A stretch of DNA of 64,000 nt from a virus (IMGVR_UViG_3300035034_002381:1-64000); one strand, 5' to 3'; numbered from the stretch's first letter, positions 26,974 to 37,790 are shown. Numbers and translations: made by a program. The notes: generated from the letters alone by a model not told the origin.

Positions 26974-28660
26974 AGTAATTATTCCCGCGGCAGGGAAGGC
27001 ATCAAGACTCAAGCCTTTATCTTCTTCAATGTCAAAATCAATGGTGCCAGTAAATGGTAAACCAATAATTTCATATATTCTTGATCAACTGTTTGAACTA
27101 GGAAATCCATTTCAAATAGTTATTGTTGAAAATGAGCTCGGTGATATTCAAGATTTTGTTAAAAACGCATATCCAAATTATTATGAAGAATCCCGTATTC
27201 TTTTTGCAACTCAAAAAGAAAGGTTAGGTCCTTTGCATGCTATTGAAATTGGTGCAAATAGGTTTCCGGAAAATGATAACATGCCAATTATGGTTTGGCT
27301 CGGAGATACAATCTGTTTGGAAATGGGTGAGTTGCCAGTTAATGAATCTTTATTAATTACATCGCCTGTCGCCGATTATAAAAGATGGTGTTTAGTAGAT
27401 AACGAGAATGTCTTCTATGATAAACCAGATAACAAACCAAGCACTAACCAAGCTTTAATAGGTATATATTATTTCCATGATTTTAAGGCCTTCTACGAGG
27501 CCCTAGATAAGGGAATGCAAGCTCCTATGATTAAAGATGAACATCAAATATCGGCTTTATTAGAAGCATATAAAAAACAACATATATTCAAAATCAGAAA
27601 AACTGATGAATGGTTTGATTGTGGTGAGTTACATACATTTTATGAATCTAAAGCAAGACTTCTTGGAAGATCTGCCAGGTCATTTAATAGTCTAGAAGTA
27701 AATACATTCCATAACACAATTACTAAATCTTCATTAACATTCGAAGGTAAACTGAAAATTGAGAATGAAAAAAATTGGTATTTAGGTTTACCTGAGAATA
27801 TTCAGATTCTCACACCTAGAGTATTAAAATCAAATTCAGGTACGCTAGTTATGTCGCAAGAACCTGGAACACCTCTTAATGAAATGTGGCTTTATGAGGA
27901 TTTGACTGATGATACATGGAAAAGAATAATTGATAAAACGTTACTTATACACAATAAAATTTTCTATCAATCTAGATATATTCCTAAATCTTCTAAATTA
28001 GATAGATTTGCTGCAAGAAAGGAAATGTATCTGACTAAAAATATTGACAGATTGACAGAAATTTCATTCCTGCCTTTTGCACAGAAAAATATAAAAATGA
28101 TTCGAGATTTTGTGCGGGTTACTGGTGAATTATTAATTGAAGATGAAGGTCGTTGGTCGCCACATTTTCATGGAGATTCTCACATGGGTAATATTTTATT
28201 TGAACCTTTACAGGGAAGTATGAAATTTTTGGATCCACGTGGAAAGTTTGGAAATATCGTAGGCATTGAGGGCGATATGTATTATGATATGGCTAAAATT
28301 GCGCAAGATTTTCTTTTACGCTATCCTGAAATTTTATCTGGTCATTATCATTTTAGTGGAGATAATTTTGACCAGCTTGAATTTTATAGAAATGACGAGA
28401 GATCTAAAACTATGCTAAAACATTTCAGAAAAAGAATTGGTGAATATGGTTATATTCCTAATCTTGTTTTAATGTTAGCAACTGTGCTTATCATAACTTG
28501 TATACCTTTTCATAAAGACGATCCAGAAAGACAAAAAGCATTTTGGTATATGGCAGTAAATGTTATTAAAGAAAGAGGGTGGAATATCCAACTCGAAGAT
28601 CATCTCAAAAAACAAAAATTACAATTATCAGACAAGATACATAATCTATACAACTTATAA
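26960..28660 (+). CDS. Bifunctional nucleotidyltransferase / APH-fold kinase (LicC-LicA-like). It would activate a phospho-alcohol or sugar-1-phosphate as an NDP derivative
   Basis: N-terminus KVIIPAAGKASRLKP...VPVNGKPIISYILDQL (sugar-phosphate nucleotidyltransferase G-x-G-T-R-L-like motif). C-terminus HFHGDSHMGNILF and FLDPRG (Brenner kinase motif of choline/aminoglycoside kinases). Confidence 0.6.
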   Translation: MMNYKVIIPAAGKASRLKPLSSSMSKSMVPVNGKPIISYILDQLFELGNPFQIVIVENELGDIQDFVKNAYPNYYEESRILFATQKERLGPLHAIEIGANRFPENDNMPIMVWLGDTICLEMGELPVNESLLITSPVADYKRWCLVDNENVFYDKPDNKPSTNQALIGIYYFHDFKAFYEALDKGMQAPMIKDEHQISALLEAYKKQHIFKIRKTDEWFDCGELHTFYESKARLLGRSARSFNSLEVNTFHNTITKSSLTFEGKLKIENEKNWYLGLPENIQILTPRVLKSNSGTLVMSQEPGTPLNEMWLYEDLTDDTWKRIIDKTLLIHNKIFYQSRYIPKSSKLDRFAARKEMYLTKNIDRLTEISFLPFAQKNIKMIRDFVRVTGELLIEDEGRWSPHFHGDSHMGNILFEPLQGSMKFLDPRGKFGNIVGIEGDMYYDMAKIAQDFLLRYPEILSGHYHFSGDNFDQLEFYRNDERSKTMLKHFRKRIGEYGYIPNLVLMLATVLIITCIPFHKDDPERQKAFWYMAVNVIKERGWNIQLEDHLKKQKLQLSDKIHNLYNL

Positions 28661-28670
28661 AAAACATACT

Positions 28671-28949
28671 ATGAGCAAAGATTTAGAAAAAGCTAGTGAG
28701 ACACTAGAAGAAACATTGACAGATATCCAAAAGGTGGCAGCTGCTAATTTTTATGATATTGTACAAATTAGTTTAGCCGATAAAGAAGGTAAAGTAGTTG
28801 GTAAAGCTTCTATGAAATATGAAGATATTTTAGCAATGACTAAGATGCATACACAAGATTCTTCACACGTTGTAGGAATGTTATTTCATGCAGTCGAATC
28901 AGAAACTCGTAACAAATTACGAGAAGAAAAAGAAAATGAAGCCAAATGA
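28671..28949 (+). CDS. Hypothetical protein
   Basis: Start moved to the internal ATG (MSKDLEKASE) to avoid a 100-nt overlap with the upstream gene. Confidence 0.35.
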   Translation: MSKDLEKASETLEETLTDIQKVAAANFYDIVQISLADKEGKVVGKASMKYEDILAMTKMHTQDSSHVVGMLFHAVESETRNKLREEKENEAK

Positions 28950-29134
28950 TTTTTAAAGTAAGAGTAGAAGAAAAGAGCATAGAAGATGTTATAGAACTTA
29001 TTGAAACAGGAGAAGGGAAAAAAGGTCTCCAATTTGATCTATATAATGAAAAACCATATTTTTCACATGTAGAAATTTTCGTTAATACTGATGATTTCTA
29101 CACATTAAAGGATTATTTAAATGAACAAACCTAA
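28946..29134 (+). CDS. Small hypothetical protein
   Basis: 62-aa ORF. Confidence 0.3.
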   Translation: MIFKVRVEEKSIEDVIELIETGEGKKGLQFDLYNEKPYFSHVEIFVNTDDFYTLKDYLNEQT

Positions 29135-31064
29135 GACTATATGTCTTGTTATGATTGTAAAAAATGAGGCAAAAAATTTACCTCGTTGTTTTTCTACGAT
29201 CAAACATATTATTGATTATTGGGTAATTGTTGATACTGGTTCAACTGATAACACACAGGAAGTTATACAGAAAGAGTTAGCCGATATTCCTGGTGTATTA
29301 ATGGAAAGACCGTGGGTCAATTTTGGTCATAATAGATCCGAATCTTTGGCTTTTGCTAAAAACAGAGCAGATTATCTTTTGCTTTGTGATGCTGATGAAC
29401 AAATTATACCTACACACAATTTTGACAAATCTGAGTTGACTCTTGATCAATATCATTTAAGATATAATGGGAGCTTAGATTATATGGTTCCTTATCTTAT
29501 TAAGTCTAATTTGGCTTGGAGATTTGTAGGAGTTACCCATGAATTTTTGACAGCAAGTGACACAAAATCTTCAGGTGAGATTAAAAGCCTTTCAATTAAA
29601 GATTGGGGAGATGGTGGAGCAAAATCTGATAAATTTGAAAGAGACATTAAATTGCTCGAACAAGGTTTGATTGATGAACCGAAGAATGTTAGGTATATGT
29701 TTTATCTAGCAAATTCTTATAAGAATACTAAGGATTTTGATAACGCAATCAAATGGTATAAAAAACGTATCGATGCAGGGGGTTGGATAGAAGAAGTTAC
29801 ATGTTCATATGAATATATGGGAGGATGTTATCAGCAGAAAAATGACCACGGGAATGCGATTAAAACATGGATAGATGGTTATGAATTTAATCCTTCTCGT
29901 GCTGAGTGTTTATATGAGGCAGGTAAATTACTTCGTGAAGAAAATAAGAATAGAATAGCTTACGAATTTTTACAAAAGGCTAAAGAAATTCCATATCCTA
30001 CTAACGATAGATTATTTATCAAAAGAGATGTTTATGAATATTTGATAGATTATGAACTGACTATTTGTGCATATTATGTTAAACCAGAATATGATATGAC
30101 CGAGACATTTAAAAGGCTAATCTTTTGGCCAAGTCATTTACAACAAAACATTATACAAAATTTTAAGTTTTGGGCTAAAGATTTGAATACACTTATAGGT
30201 CAAGAGGAAAGTATGATCTTGGCTAAAGATTTGATTAGTAATGATTTGGTTGAGGGTTTTACACCTAGTTCCCCATCAATTCTTTTTCATAAAAATCGCA
30301 AGTACATAAATGTGCGCCAAGTATCATATAAAATTGACGAAAATGGTAAGTATTTAGATCGTGCAAGTGGAGGTCATTGTAAACATGTGAATACAATTAA
30401 CACAATGTATTGGACTGATGGACCCTCATATGACACGGAAAATTTTAAACCCAATGATATTTCTACTAAACATGTGAATGGTATTGAAGATCTAAAACTA
30501 TATACACACAATGGAGTAATCAAATACACTGGGACAAAATGGTTGGATTATAACAAAATTTCTATAGTTATTGGTGAGTATACTAAAGAAGGTCTAGATA
30601 ATTATGCTATTCTAGAGTCTCCAGAAGGAAGGAATGTTGAAAAAAATTGGGTACCGTTTGGATTAGATAATGAAGAACTTTTTGTATATGATTGGAATCC
30701 AATAAAAATTGGAAGAATCAAAAATAATAAACTAGTAATCAAAAATTTAAAAACTAGTTTTCCTAACTTGCGTGGATCAGCTCCTGGTAAACTTATTGGA
30801 GATCATATCTATTTTTTATGTCATTTTGTAGAATATTCTACACCAAGAATTTACTATCATATCTTCATTAAAATGCATAAAGATAATTGGGAAAAAATCG
30901 AGATTTCTAAACCGTTTGTTTTTGAAAAACCACAAATAGAATATTCAGTAGGATTTGATTATAATATTAAGACTGATGATATACATATTGCATATAGTGT
31001 AAATGATTCGAATGCAAGAATCAAATCTTATTCACAAACACAATTTCAAAAACTTTTTACTTAA
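29121..31064 (+). CDS. Family 2 glycosyltransferase with a central TPR-like region
   Basis: N-terminal GT2 signature ICLVMIVKNEAKNLPRC...VIVDTGSTDNT; TPR-like YLANSYKNTKDFDNAIKWYKKRI. Confidence 0.65.
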   Translation: MNKPKTICLVMIVKNEAKNLPRCFSTIKHIIDYWVIVDTGSTDNTQEVIQKELADIPGVLMERPWVNFGHNRSESLAFAKNRADYLLLCDADEQIIPTHNFDKSELTLDQYHLRYNGSLDYMVPYLIKSNLAWRFVGVTHEFLTASDTKSSGEIKSLSIKDWGDGGAKSDKFERDIKLLEQGLIDEPKNVRYMFYLANSYKNTKDFDNAIKWYKKRIDAGGWIEEVTCSYEYMGGCYQQKNDHGNAIKTWIDGYEFNPSRAECLYEAGKLLREENKNRIAYEFLQKAKEIPYPTNDRLFIKRDVYEYLIDYELTICAYYVKPEYDMTETFKRLIFWPSHLQQNIIQNFKFWAKDLNTLIGQEESMILAKDLISNDLVEGFTPSSPSILFHKNRKYINVRQVSYKIDENGKYLDRASGGHCKHVNTINTMYWTDGPSYDTENFKPNDISTKHVNGIEDLKLYTHNGVIKYTGTKWLDYNKISIVIGEYTKEGLDNYAILESPEGRNVEKNWVPFGLDNEELFVYDWNPIKIGRIKNNKLVIKNLKTSFPNLRGSAPGKLIGDHIYFLCHFVEYSTPRIYYHIFIKMHKDNWEKIEISKPFVFEKPQIEYSVGFDYNIKTDDIHIAYSVNDSNARIKSYSQTQFQKLFT

Positions 31065-32362
31065 TGTACATTATAAAAAACAATAAACTTGAATCTACTG
31101 ATAATATCGATTTATTTTTTAATGAGATAAATGTTGGACAACATATTGCTAAATATGGATATTTCGAAAGTGACCTTATTAATTGGTTAAAGCTTACATA
31201 TAAAAATAATGATAAAATCTTTTTAGATTTAGGAGCGCACATAGGTTCATATTCAATAGAATTAGCAGAAAATTTTCATTCAGTTCATTCATTTGAACCT
31301 AATCCAACAGTCTATAATCATTTATGTGCTAATGTTGCATTAAAGAGATTATCAAATAGGGTATTTCCACACAGAGTTGCATTATCGGATAATAAATCTA
31401 AACAGCCATATTATGAGAGATCCAAAGATGGTGGAGGTAATGGAATTGAAGTTGTAAGAGAGAACGATAAGCACTCATTCTTTGTAGAATCTAAATGTTT
31501 AGATGATTATTCTTTCGATAAAGAAATCGGTTTGATTAAAATTGATATCGAAGGTCATGAGTATAAAGCTATTTTGGGTGCATATGAAACTTTGAAAAAC
31601 TCATATTTCCCACCTATAATTTTCGAATCTTGGGCGCAAAATACACACCCAGAATATTCACAAGAAATACTTTTAGAAATTCGTGATAAAACATTTGATG
31701 TATTAAAGGATTATGGATACACTGTTAAATCCATAAGTGGATATAATGAAATGTTTATTGCTGTTCAAGAGCGTGAAAAATCTCAAGAAGATATTATTGT
31801 TGAAGGTCTTTTGACAGATAAGTTAGACGTATGGCTTAACTCACCTGGAGGGACTCGAAGCAATTATATAGCCGATGTTCTAGAAAAAAGTAATTTAAGA
31901 GTGAGAAACGAATCCTGGTATAAGTATGGTTGTCATTGGACTTCTCCTTTATTTGAAAGGGAATTTAAAACTACAAGATTGTTTTGCTACACTAGCGATA
32001 TCGGACTCGCATTGACAAGTCAGTTAAATGCCAATACTATTGATAAACTGAATTTTGCAGATTTTTATAATGAACCATGGGATTTATATCGATGGATACA
32101 AAATATTAAAAAACAAGTGATTAACTGGTCGGATCCTGGCGTATTCTTTTTAAATACCGACTATTTAAATGATAAAGATATTCAGTCTGAATTTAAAACT
32201 CTTACTGGAGATAGTTTAGACATATCAGATTTCAGACTTGACCGTAAATCTAAAAAATTACATCCTGCATTAATACAATACATGGATGAGATTAATGAGA
32301 TTAATGAGTTATTAGCAAAATTACCTAATGCCGGTTTTGGCGGAGAAGTTGATGAAGGTTAA
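31064..32362 (+). CDS. FkbM-family methyltransferase with a C-terminal extension
   Basis: FLDLGAHIGSYSIELAE matches the FkbM D-x-G-A-x-x-G motif. Confidence 0.55.
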   Translation: MYIIKNNKLESTDNIDLFFNEINVGQHIAKYGYFESDLINWLKLTYKNNDKIFLDLGAHIGSYSIELAENFHSVHSFEPNPTVYNHLCANVALKRLSNRVFPHRVALSDNKSKQPYYERSKDGGGNGIEVVRENDKHSFFVESKCLDDYSFDKEIGLIKIDIEGHEYKAILGAYETLKNSYFPPIIFESWAQNTHPEYSQEILLEIRDKTFDVLKDYGYTVKSISGYNEMFIAVQEREKSQEDIIVEGLLTDKLDVWLNSPGGTRSNYIADVLEKSNLRVRNESWYKYGCHWTSPLFEREFKTTRLFCYTSDIGLALTSQLNANTIDKLNFADFYNEPWDLYRWIQNIKKQVINWSDPGVFFLNTDYLNDKDIQSEFKTLTGDSLDISDFRLDRKSKKLHPALIQYMDEINEINELLAKLPNAGFGGEVDEG

Positions 32363-32816
32363 AAATATGAAATTAGAAATTGATTTTAGTTTGAGCGATT
32401 TAAAAAATAATTGGAAACCAAAAATTAAGATTTGGTTATCATGGGAGTACTAAAGGTGATAAGATAGAATTTGAAATGTATTTTGATGAATATCACAGTG
32501 AATGGACTTCTTTTAAAGATAAAGCGTTTAAAGGATTTGTTCTTAAAAAAATAGATAGAATATTAGACGAAAATTGTTAAAAGTCAAATATTTTGATTAT
32601 ATTTATCCTAAATTAATAACAATGGAATATAAATATAATGAGCTGGAAAAACTTCTTATTCTTATGGGTAAAAAATATCCAAATGACCATGATCTTGGCA
32701 ATCAAGCGCGTAAACTTATTCAAAAGATCAAAGAAAAATAAATTCAATCCAATAGCTGATTGGAGGCCGTTAACTGAGGAAGAATTAAAGTCAAATCTTT
32801 TTAAACCACCCTTTTA

Positions 32817-33455
32817 ATGAACATATTTGTTCTTGACGAAAATGTCAAAAAATGTGCCGAATATCATTGTGATAAACATGTTGTCAAAATGATTACTGAG
32901 CATAATCAAATTTTGGGTTCGATTTCTTATTTACGTAGAGGTATTTCTAAAAAATCGGAAATAACTGATGAATTTATTCAACAACATTTCCAAAATTTTC
33001 CTAGAAAAAAATTAGCAATTGATATGGATTCATTACCCATTGCTGATCATTCGCCACTTATCAAAAAATTATGGAATTTTGTAAAACCCGCAGAATTGTC
33101 TTGGCCGTACGGTATTGGTTATAAAAATCATCCATGTACACAATGGGCTAATGCGTCTAAAGAAAATTATGATTGGCTATGCTCACTCAATCTTGAATTG
33201 TGTAAAGAATATACTAAACGATATAATCGTCGACATGCTGGTGAGGATATTACTCAATGGTATATTGAAAACGCACCATATCTACCGAATTCTGGCATGA
33301 CTCCATTTGTTTTAGCTATGCCTGATGATTGTAAATCTGATGATCCAGTTGAATCTTATCGAATTTACTACATTTATCATAAATATAAATTTGCCAAATG
33401 GAAAACAAAAGTTCCAAATTGGTATATAAACGTTATAAAACATCAAGAAATATGA
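32817..33455 (+). CDS. Hypothetical protein
   Basis: 212-aa ORF with a conserved-looking N-terminus MNIFVLDENVKKCAEYHCDKHVVKM; no family assigned. Confidence 0.4.
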   Translation: MNIFVLDENVKKCAEYHCDKHVVKMITEHNQILGSISYLRRGISKKSEITDEFIQQHFQNFPRKKLAIDMDSLPIADHSPLIKKLWNFVKPAELSWPYGIGYKNHPCTQWANASKENYDWLCSLNLELCKEYTKRYNRRHAGEDITQWYIENAPYLPNSGMTPFVLAMPDDCKSDDPVESYRIYYIYHKYKFAKWKTKVPNWYINVIKHQEI

Positions 33456-34009
33456 CAATCAAACACAGAATAACTGATTCTGAAAATACCCATGTTATGC
33501 TCGACATAGAAACTTTGGGTACTGGTGCTAATGCAATCATTTTACAGATTGCAATGGTCAAATTTGGTCTTAACGATCAAAATGGTGAAACAATGAAAAC
33601 TATAGTTAATGTTTTTCCTTGTATCAAAGAACAACATGATGAAGGTAGAACAATGACTTTCGATACAGTTAACTGGTGGCTTGGTCCAGATCATGTGAGC
33701 ATATTAGCAAATCTGCGGAAACAGGAAACATCCAATTTGGTAGATGTTAGATCTCAAATAGCTAAGCACATGGAAGAATTTAGGAAATCGGGAGTTCATC
33801 TGTGGGCAAGGTCACCCAAATTTGACATCAAGATTTTAGAAGATTTTTTAGGAACAGATGTGCCAGAACATTCCCGAAGGCACCAAAGAGATGTTAGAGA
33901 ATATGAATTTATTTCGGGCGATCGCCCAGGTGCATCCCATGATGCAGAAGATGATTGTATTCAACAAATTATATTAGTCACTAATGTTATTCAAAGACTT
34001 TTTATATGA
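33452..34009 (+). CDS. DnaQ-like (DEDDh) 3'-5' exonuclease
   Basis: Exo I motif MLDIETLG, Exo III motif HDAEDD; ATGA start/stop overlap with the upstream gene. Confidence 0.6.
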   Translation: MTIKHRITDSENTHVMLDIETLGTGANAIILQIAMVKFGLNDQNGETMKTIVNVFPCIKEQHDEGRTMTFDTVNWWLGPDHVSILANLRKQETSNLVDVRSQIAKHMEEFRKSGVHLWARSPKFDIKILEDFLGTDVPEHSRRHQRDVREYEFISGDRPGASHDAEDDCIQQIILVTNVIQRLFI

Positions 34010-34122
34010 TAACCTCGATAGTAGAAATTATTAAAGAATCTCTAATTGGTAAATCAGTTATAGTTGCCGAGTATTACCCGGATAACAATGAGGGAAATTA
34101 CAAATTCTAAAATAAAGTTAAC

Positions 34123-35022
34123 ATGATATCAGAAGAAAAATTTCCCGATGGACAAATTAATTTTAAAGCAAATACAGAGGACATCAAAAGTCTTTTAACA
34201 CCACCATACATTTTATCAAATGATAATGCGATAAATTTTACAATTGATCTAAGTAACTGGGATAAATTTCAAACTTTGTTGGCAGCCAATGCAAAATTTA
34301 GACAAACGCACAAACAAATTAATTTACATATAGGTTATCTTTTTGGTTCAAGAAGTGACCGTAAATTTGAACATGACGGAATTAACTATTTTCGTGATGT
34401 AATTGCTAAAACAATCAATGATCAAAATTTCAACAAAGTTACTGTATTTGATCCACACTCACTTGCAGTAGAAAATGCAATTAATAATTGTGAGAGTATT
34501 CATCCGTTCCCACAAATCAATCACCATTTTTTAAATATGGTTGGAAATTTAGATTTATCTGAATATGAAATTGTTATAGCGTCTCCAGACCTTGGGGCAT
34601 ACAAAAAAGTCTTTGGAATTTTTGCTAAATTTTCCGAAAAATATCCAAACATACATTTTAATTTTATTTCCGCAAATAAAATTCGTAGTCTGTCTGGTGA
34701 TATTTCTATGGTTTTAAATCCACCATATAAAGAATTTGACAAATCAAAAAAACGAATTCTATATTTAATTGATGATATTTGTGATGGCGGGAGGACCTTT
34801 ATAGAATTTGCTAAACTTCTTAACGAAGATTTTGAGAAAAAGTATCTATATGTATCACATGGAATATTTTCTAAAGGTCTTGATCCATTATTAGAACATT
34901 TCGATAAAATTTTTACTACAAACAGTATTTCGAATACTTATATCAAATATCTAACAAACGATAATACCATTCTAAATTCTAACATTCTTTTTACCACATT
35001 TATTTCGCAACGCAATGAATAA
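34123..35022 (+). CDS. Ribose-phosphate pyrophosphokinase (PRPP synthetase)-like enzyme, or alternatively an Adps-type ADP-ribose pyrophosphokinase
   Basis: PRTase-type loop YLIDDICDGGRTF at the position of the Prs DDMIDTGGT, in a 299-aa protein. Confidence 0.55.
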   Translation: MISEEKFPDGQINFKANTEDIKSLLTPPYILSNDNAINFTIDLSNWDKFQTLLAANAKFRQTHKQINLHIGYLFGSRSDRKFEHDGINYFRDVIAKTINDQNFNKVTVFDPHSLAVENAINNCESIHPFPQINHHFLNMVGNLDLSEYEIVIASPDLGAYKKVFGIFAKFSEKYPNIHFNFISANKIRSLSGDISMVLNPPYKEFDKSKKRILYLIDDICDGGRTFIEFAKLLNEDFEKKYLYVSHGIFSKGLDPLLEHFDKIFTTNSISNTYIKYLTNDNTILNSNILFTTFISQRNE

Positions 35023-35989
35023 AAAAGCAACAATTCTTCTTGGACTGCCATTAGCAGGCAAGTCGACTTATATAGGAAACAGAATAGAATATGGTGATTG
35101 GTCAGACACAGGATTAGTTTTAGTATCTGCAGATGATCTTAAAGAAAATCATGAAGATTATGATCCCGACCATGCGTATAAAATTCATGAGTGGTCAGTT
35201 AAAGAGGCCGAAAGGCAAATGAAAGAATACTCAGAATTTGGATCAAAACACATTATCATGGACGGTGGTGGCATTAACAATTCATATACTCGTAGAATTA
35301 TGTCTGATCTACGTTTAAAAGGTTATGAAATTGAACTTATACATATTAAAACGCCGCTCCAAGTTTGTCTTCTTAGAAATGAGAAGCGGGTCCGCAAAGT
35401 TCCAGTGCATGATATTGTAACAAAGGCAGCTCGAGAACGTAAACAATATGAGATACTTAAAGATGTTGTAGATAGTGTTACTATAGTTCCATATTTCACA
35501 AACAAACATATTTTTATAGATATGGATGGAGTTATTGCGGGACAGTCTGTCTTGCCAGAATTTGAAGGAAAAATAGATTTTGTTAATAGCGAAATTTTTA
35601 CTATTTTACCACCTGTTCATCAAGTTATTGATAAACTTAATAGTCTTGATTCTGAAAAACATACACTTTATATTTTATCAGCAACACCGAATTCATATTC
35701 GTATACTGAAAAACATGATTGGTTAGATAAACATTTTAACATACCAAGAGAACGCAGATTTTTTGTAAATGCTGGAAAGCATAAAGCAGAAATGTTAGAA
35801 AATCTAAGAATAAAACTCAAAACTGATAAACGTGATGTCACTCTGATTGAAGATACGCACTCGACACTTAAAGATGTTAGAGACCTTAGAATGAATCCAA
35901 TACATGTATCTGAATTTTTATCAAATGATTTTTTGCGAGATGAAGAATTATATGACTATAAATATTACGAAAACCCAAATAATAAATAA
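35015..35989 (+). CDS. Two-domain P-loop kinase plus HAD phosphatase (T4 Pnkp-like polynucleotide 5'-kinase/3'-phosphatase architecture)
   Basis: Walker A GLPLAGKST at the N-terminus; DxDG motif IFIDMDGVIAG at about residue 168, as in T4 Pnkp. Confidence 0.5.
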   Translation: MNKKATILLGLPLAGKSTYIGNRIEYGDWSDTGLVLVSADDLKENHEDYDPDHAYKIHEWSVKEAERQMKEYSEFGSKHIIMDGGGINNSYTRRIMSDLRLKGYEIELIHIKTPLQVCLLRNEKRVRKVPVHDIVTKAARERKQYEILKDVVDSVTIVPYFTNKHIFIDMDGVIAGQSVLPEFEGKIDFVNSEIFTILPPVHQVIDKLNSLDSEKHTLYILSATPNSYSYTEKHDWLDKHFNIPRERRFFVNAGKHKAEMLENLRIKLKTDKRDVTLIEDTHSTLKDVRDLRMNPIHVSEFLSNDFLRDEELYDYKYYENPNNK

Positions 35990-35995
35990 AAAGAT

Positions 35996-37714
35996 ATGAG
36001 AAAAATGAACGCTTTCTTAGCAACCGATGGTTATAAAACAGGCCATCACATAATGTATCCTGAAGGAACTATTGAGGTATATGATAATTTAACACCCCGC
36101 AGTTTTAAATACGCAATCAACAATGTCGAGTATGTTATTGCTGTGGGTCAAAAAATGGCAGTCACAGAAATCAACGATATGTTTAACGAAACATTTTTTA
36201 GACATGAAGATGTTGAAAGACTTGCCTTTCATTTATTTAGACAAGGATTACCTGAACAAAAAGCTAAAGAAACCGCAAGAAATAAAATTAAAGCCGAAGT
36301 ATGTAGTGAAATCAAAAAGGAGTTTTCGTTATATCTAGATATGAAATATGATGTTTCGCATATTGAAAGACTTTGGGATTTAGGATATCTTCCTGTAAAA
36401 ATAAAAGCTTTACCAGAAGGTGTAAAGGTCCCAATAAAGGTTCCTGTACTTACAATTGTAAATACTTTGCCAGATTTTTTCTGGTTACCTAATTTCTTGG
36501 AGACTATTATTTCTAATTTGTTATGGAAACCTATGACATCTGCAACTATTGCGTACGAGTTCAAGAAAACTTTGACTAAATGGGCAATGAAAACTGATAG
36601 CAAAAATGTTTCTATTGTAGAATTTCAGGCACATGATTTTTCAATGCGAGGAATGGATTCTATTTATGCTGCTGCTTCATCAGGTTTAGGTCATGCATCA
36701 TCATTCCTTGGAAGTGATACAATACCAGTAATTCATGCAGCAAGATATTATTATGGTGATCAAGGTCCTATTATACATTCTGTAAATGCTACAGAACACA
36801 GTGTCATGTGTGCTGGAGAAAAAGATAGTGAAATTGAAACATTCAGACGATTATTGCGTCTTTTCCCGACAGGAATCTTATCAGTAGTTTCTGATACTTG
36901 GGATTTATGGAAAGTGATAGTAAAATATCTTCCTGAATTAAAGGACGAAATTCTAAAAAGAGCAGGAAAACTGGTTATTAGACCTGACTCTGGAAATCCT
37001 GTTGATATTATTTGTGGTTTTGATCATAATAGATTTGATACACACGAAGAAGCAGAAAAATATTATAGAACTTATGGAATAAAAGATCCAAAATACTATG
37101 TAAAAAACGAATTCTTTACTGTAATTTCACATTCAGGCAACAATTTTAAATATGCAGATTTAGAAGAGACTCCTGCTGATAAAGGAGTCGTGCAATTATT
37201 ATGGGAAATCTTTGGAGGGCAAATAAATGAAGATGGATTCAAAGTTTTAAATGAACACATTGGCGCAATTTATGGTGATAGTATTAATTTCGAAAGAGCA
37301 AATCAGATTTGTGAGAGACTAGCCAGCAAAGGATTTGCGACTACAAACGTTGTACTTGGAATAGGATCCTTCACATATCAGTATAACACTCGTGATAACC
37401 ATGGATTTGCCGTTAAAGCTACTCATATAACTATTCAACATCCTGATGGAAAAATGGAAGAAAGAGACATATTCAAAGACCCACTAACATCGGTAGGTAC
37501 AAATAAAACTAGTGCTAAAGGATTTATTCAAGTACTTAAAGAAAATGGAGAGTATATTATGAGAGATCAGGTTAGTAGAGAACAAGAAGAAAATTCTTTA
37601 CTTACAATGATTTATTTAGATGGTAAAGTTCTTTCCGAAGACACACTCAAAAGTATTCGTAGAAATGTGAATAACGAATTGGCTGTTGAATTAGGATTAT
37701 ATGAAGTAGCATAA
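35996..37714 (+). CDS. nadV: Nicotinamide phosphoribosyltransferase (NadV / NAMPT) family enzyme
   Basis: N-terminus NAFLATDGYKTGHHIMYPEGT matches the NAMPT-family TDSYK start; 572 aa. Confidence 0.65.
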   Translation: MRKMNAFLATDGYKTGHHIMYPEGTIEVYDNLTPRSFKYAINNVEYVIAVGQKMAVTEINDMFNETFFRHEDVERLAFHLFRQGLPEQKAKETARNKIKAEVCSEIKKEFSLYLDMKYDVSHIERLWDLGYLPVKIKALPEGVKVPIKVPVLTIVNTLPDFFWLPNFLETIISNLLWKPMTSATIAYEFKKTLTKWAMKTDSKNVSIVEFQAHDFSMRGMDSIYAAASSGLGHASSFLGSDTIPVIHAARYYYGDQGPIIHSVNATEHSVMCAGEKDSEIETFRRLLRLFPTGILSVVSDTWDLWKVIVKYLPELKDEILKRAGKLVIRPDSGNPVDIICGFDHNRFDTHEEAEKYYRTYGIKDPKYYVKNEFFTVISHSGNNFKYADLEETPADKGVVQLLWEIFGGQINEDGFKVLNEHIGAIYGDSINFERANQICERLASKGFATTNVVLGIGSFTYQYNTRDNHGFAVKATHITIQHPDGKMEERDIFKDPLTSVGTNKTSAKGFIQVLKENGEYIMRDQVSREQEENSLLTMIYLDGKVLSEDTLKSIRRNVNNELAVELGLYEVA

Positions 37715-37790
37715 TGGAACAAGTTACATAATTTTCTAAAATAAACTGATTCTATTAAAACTTTTCAAGTCTAGATTAATATAAAATATA

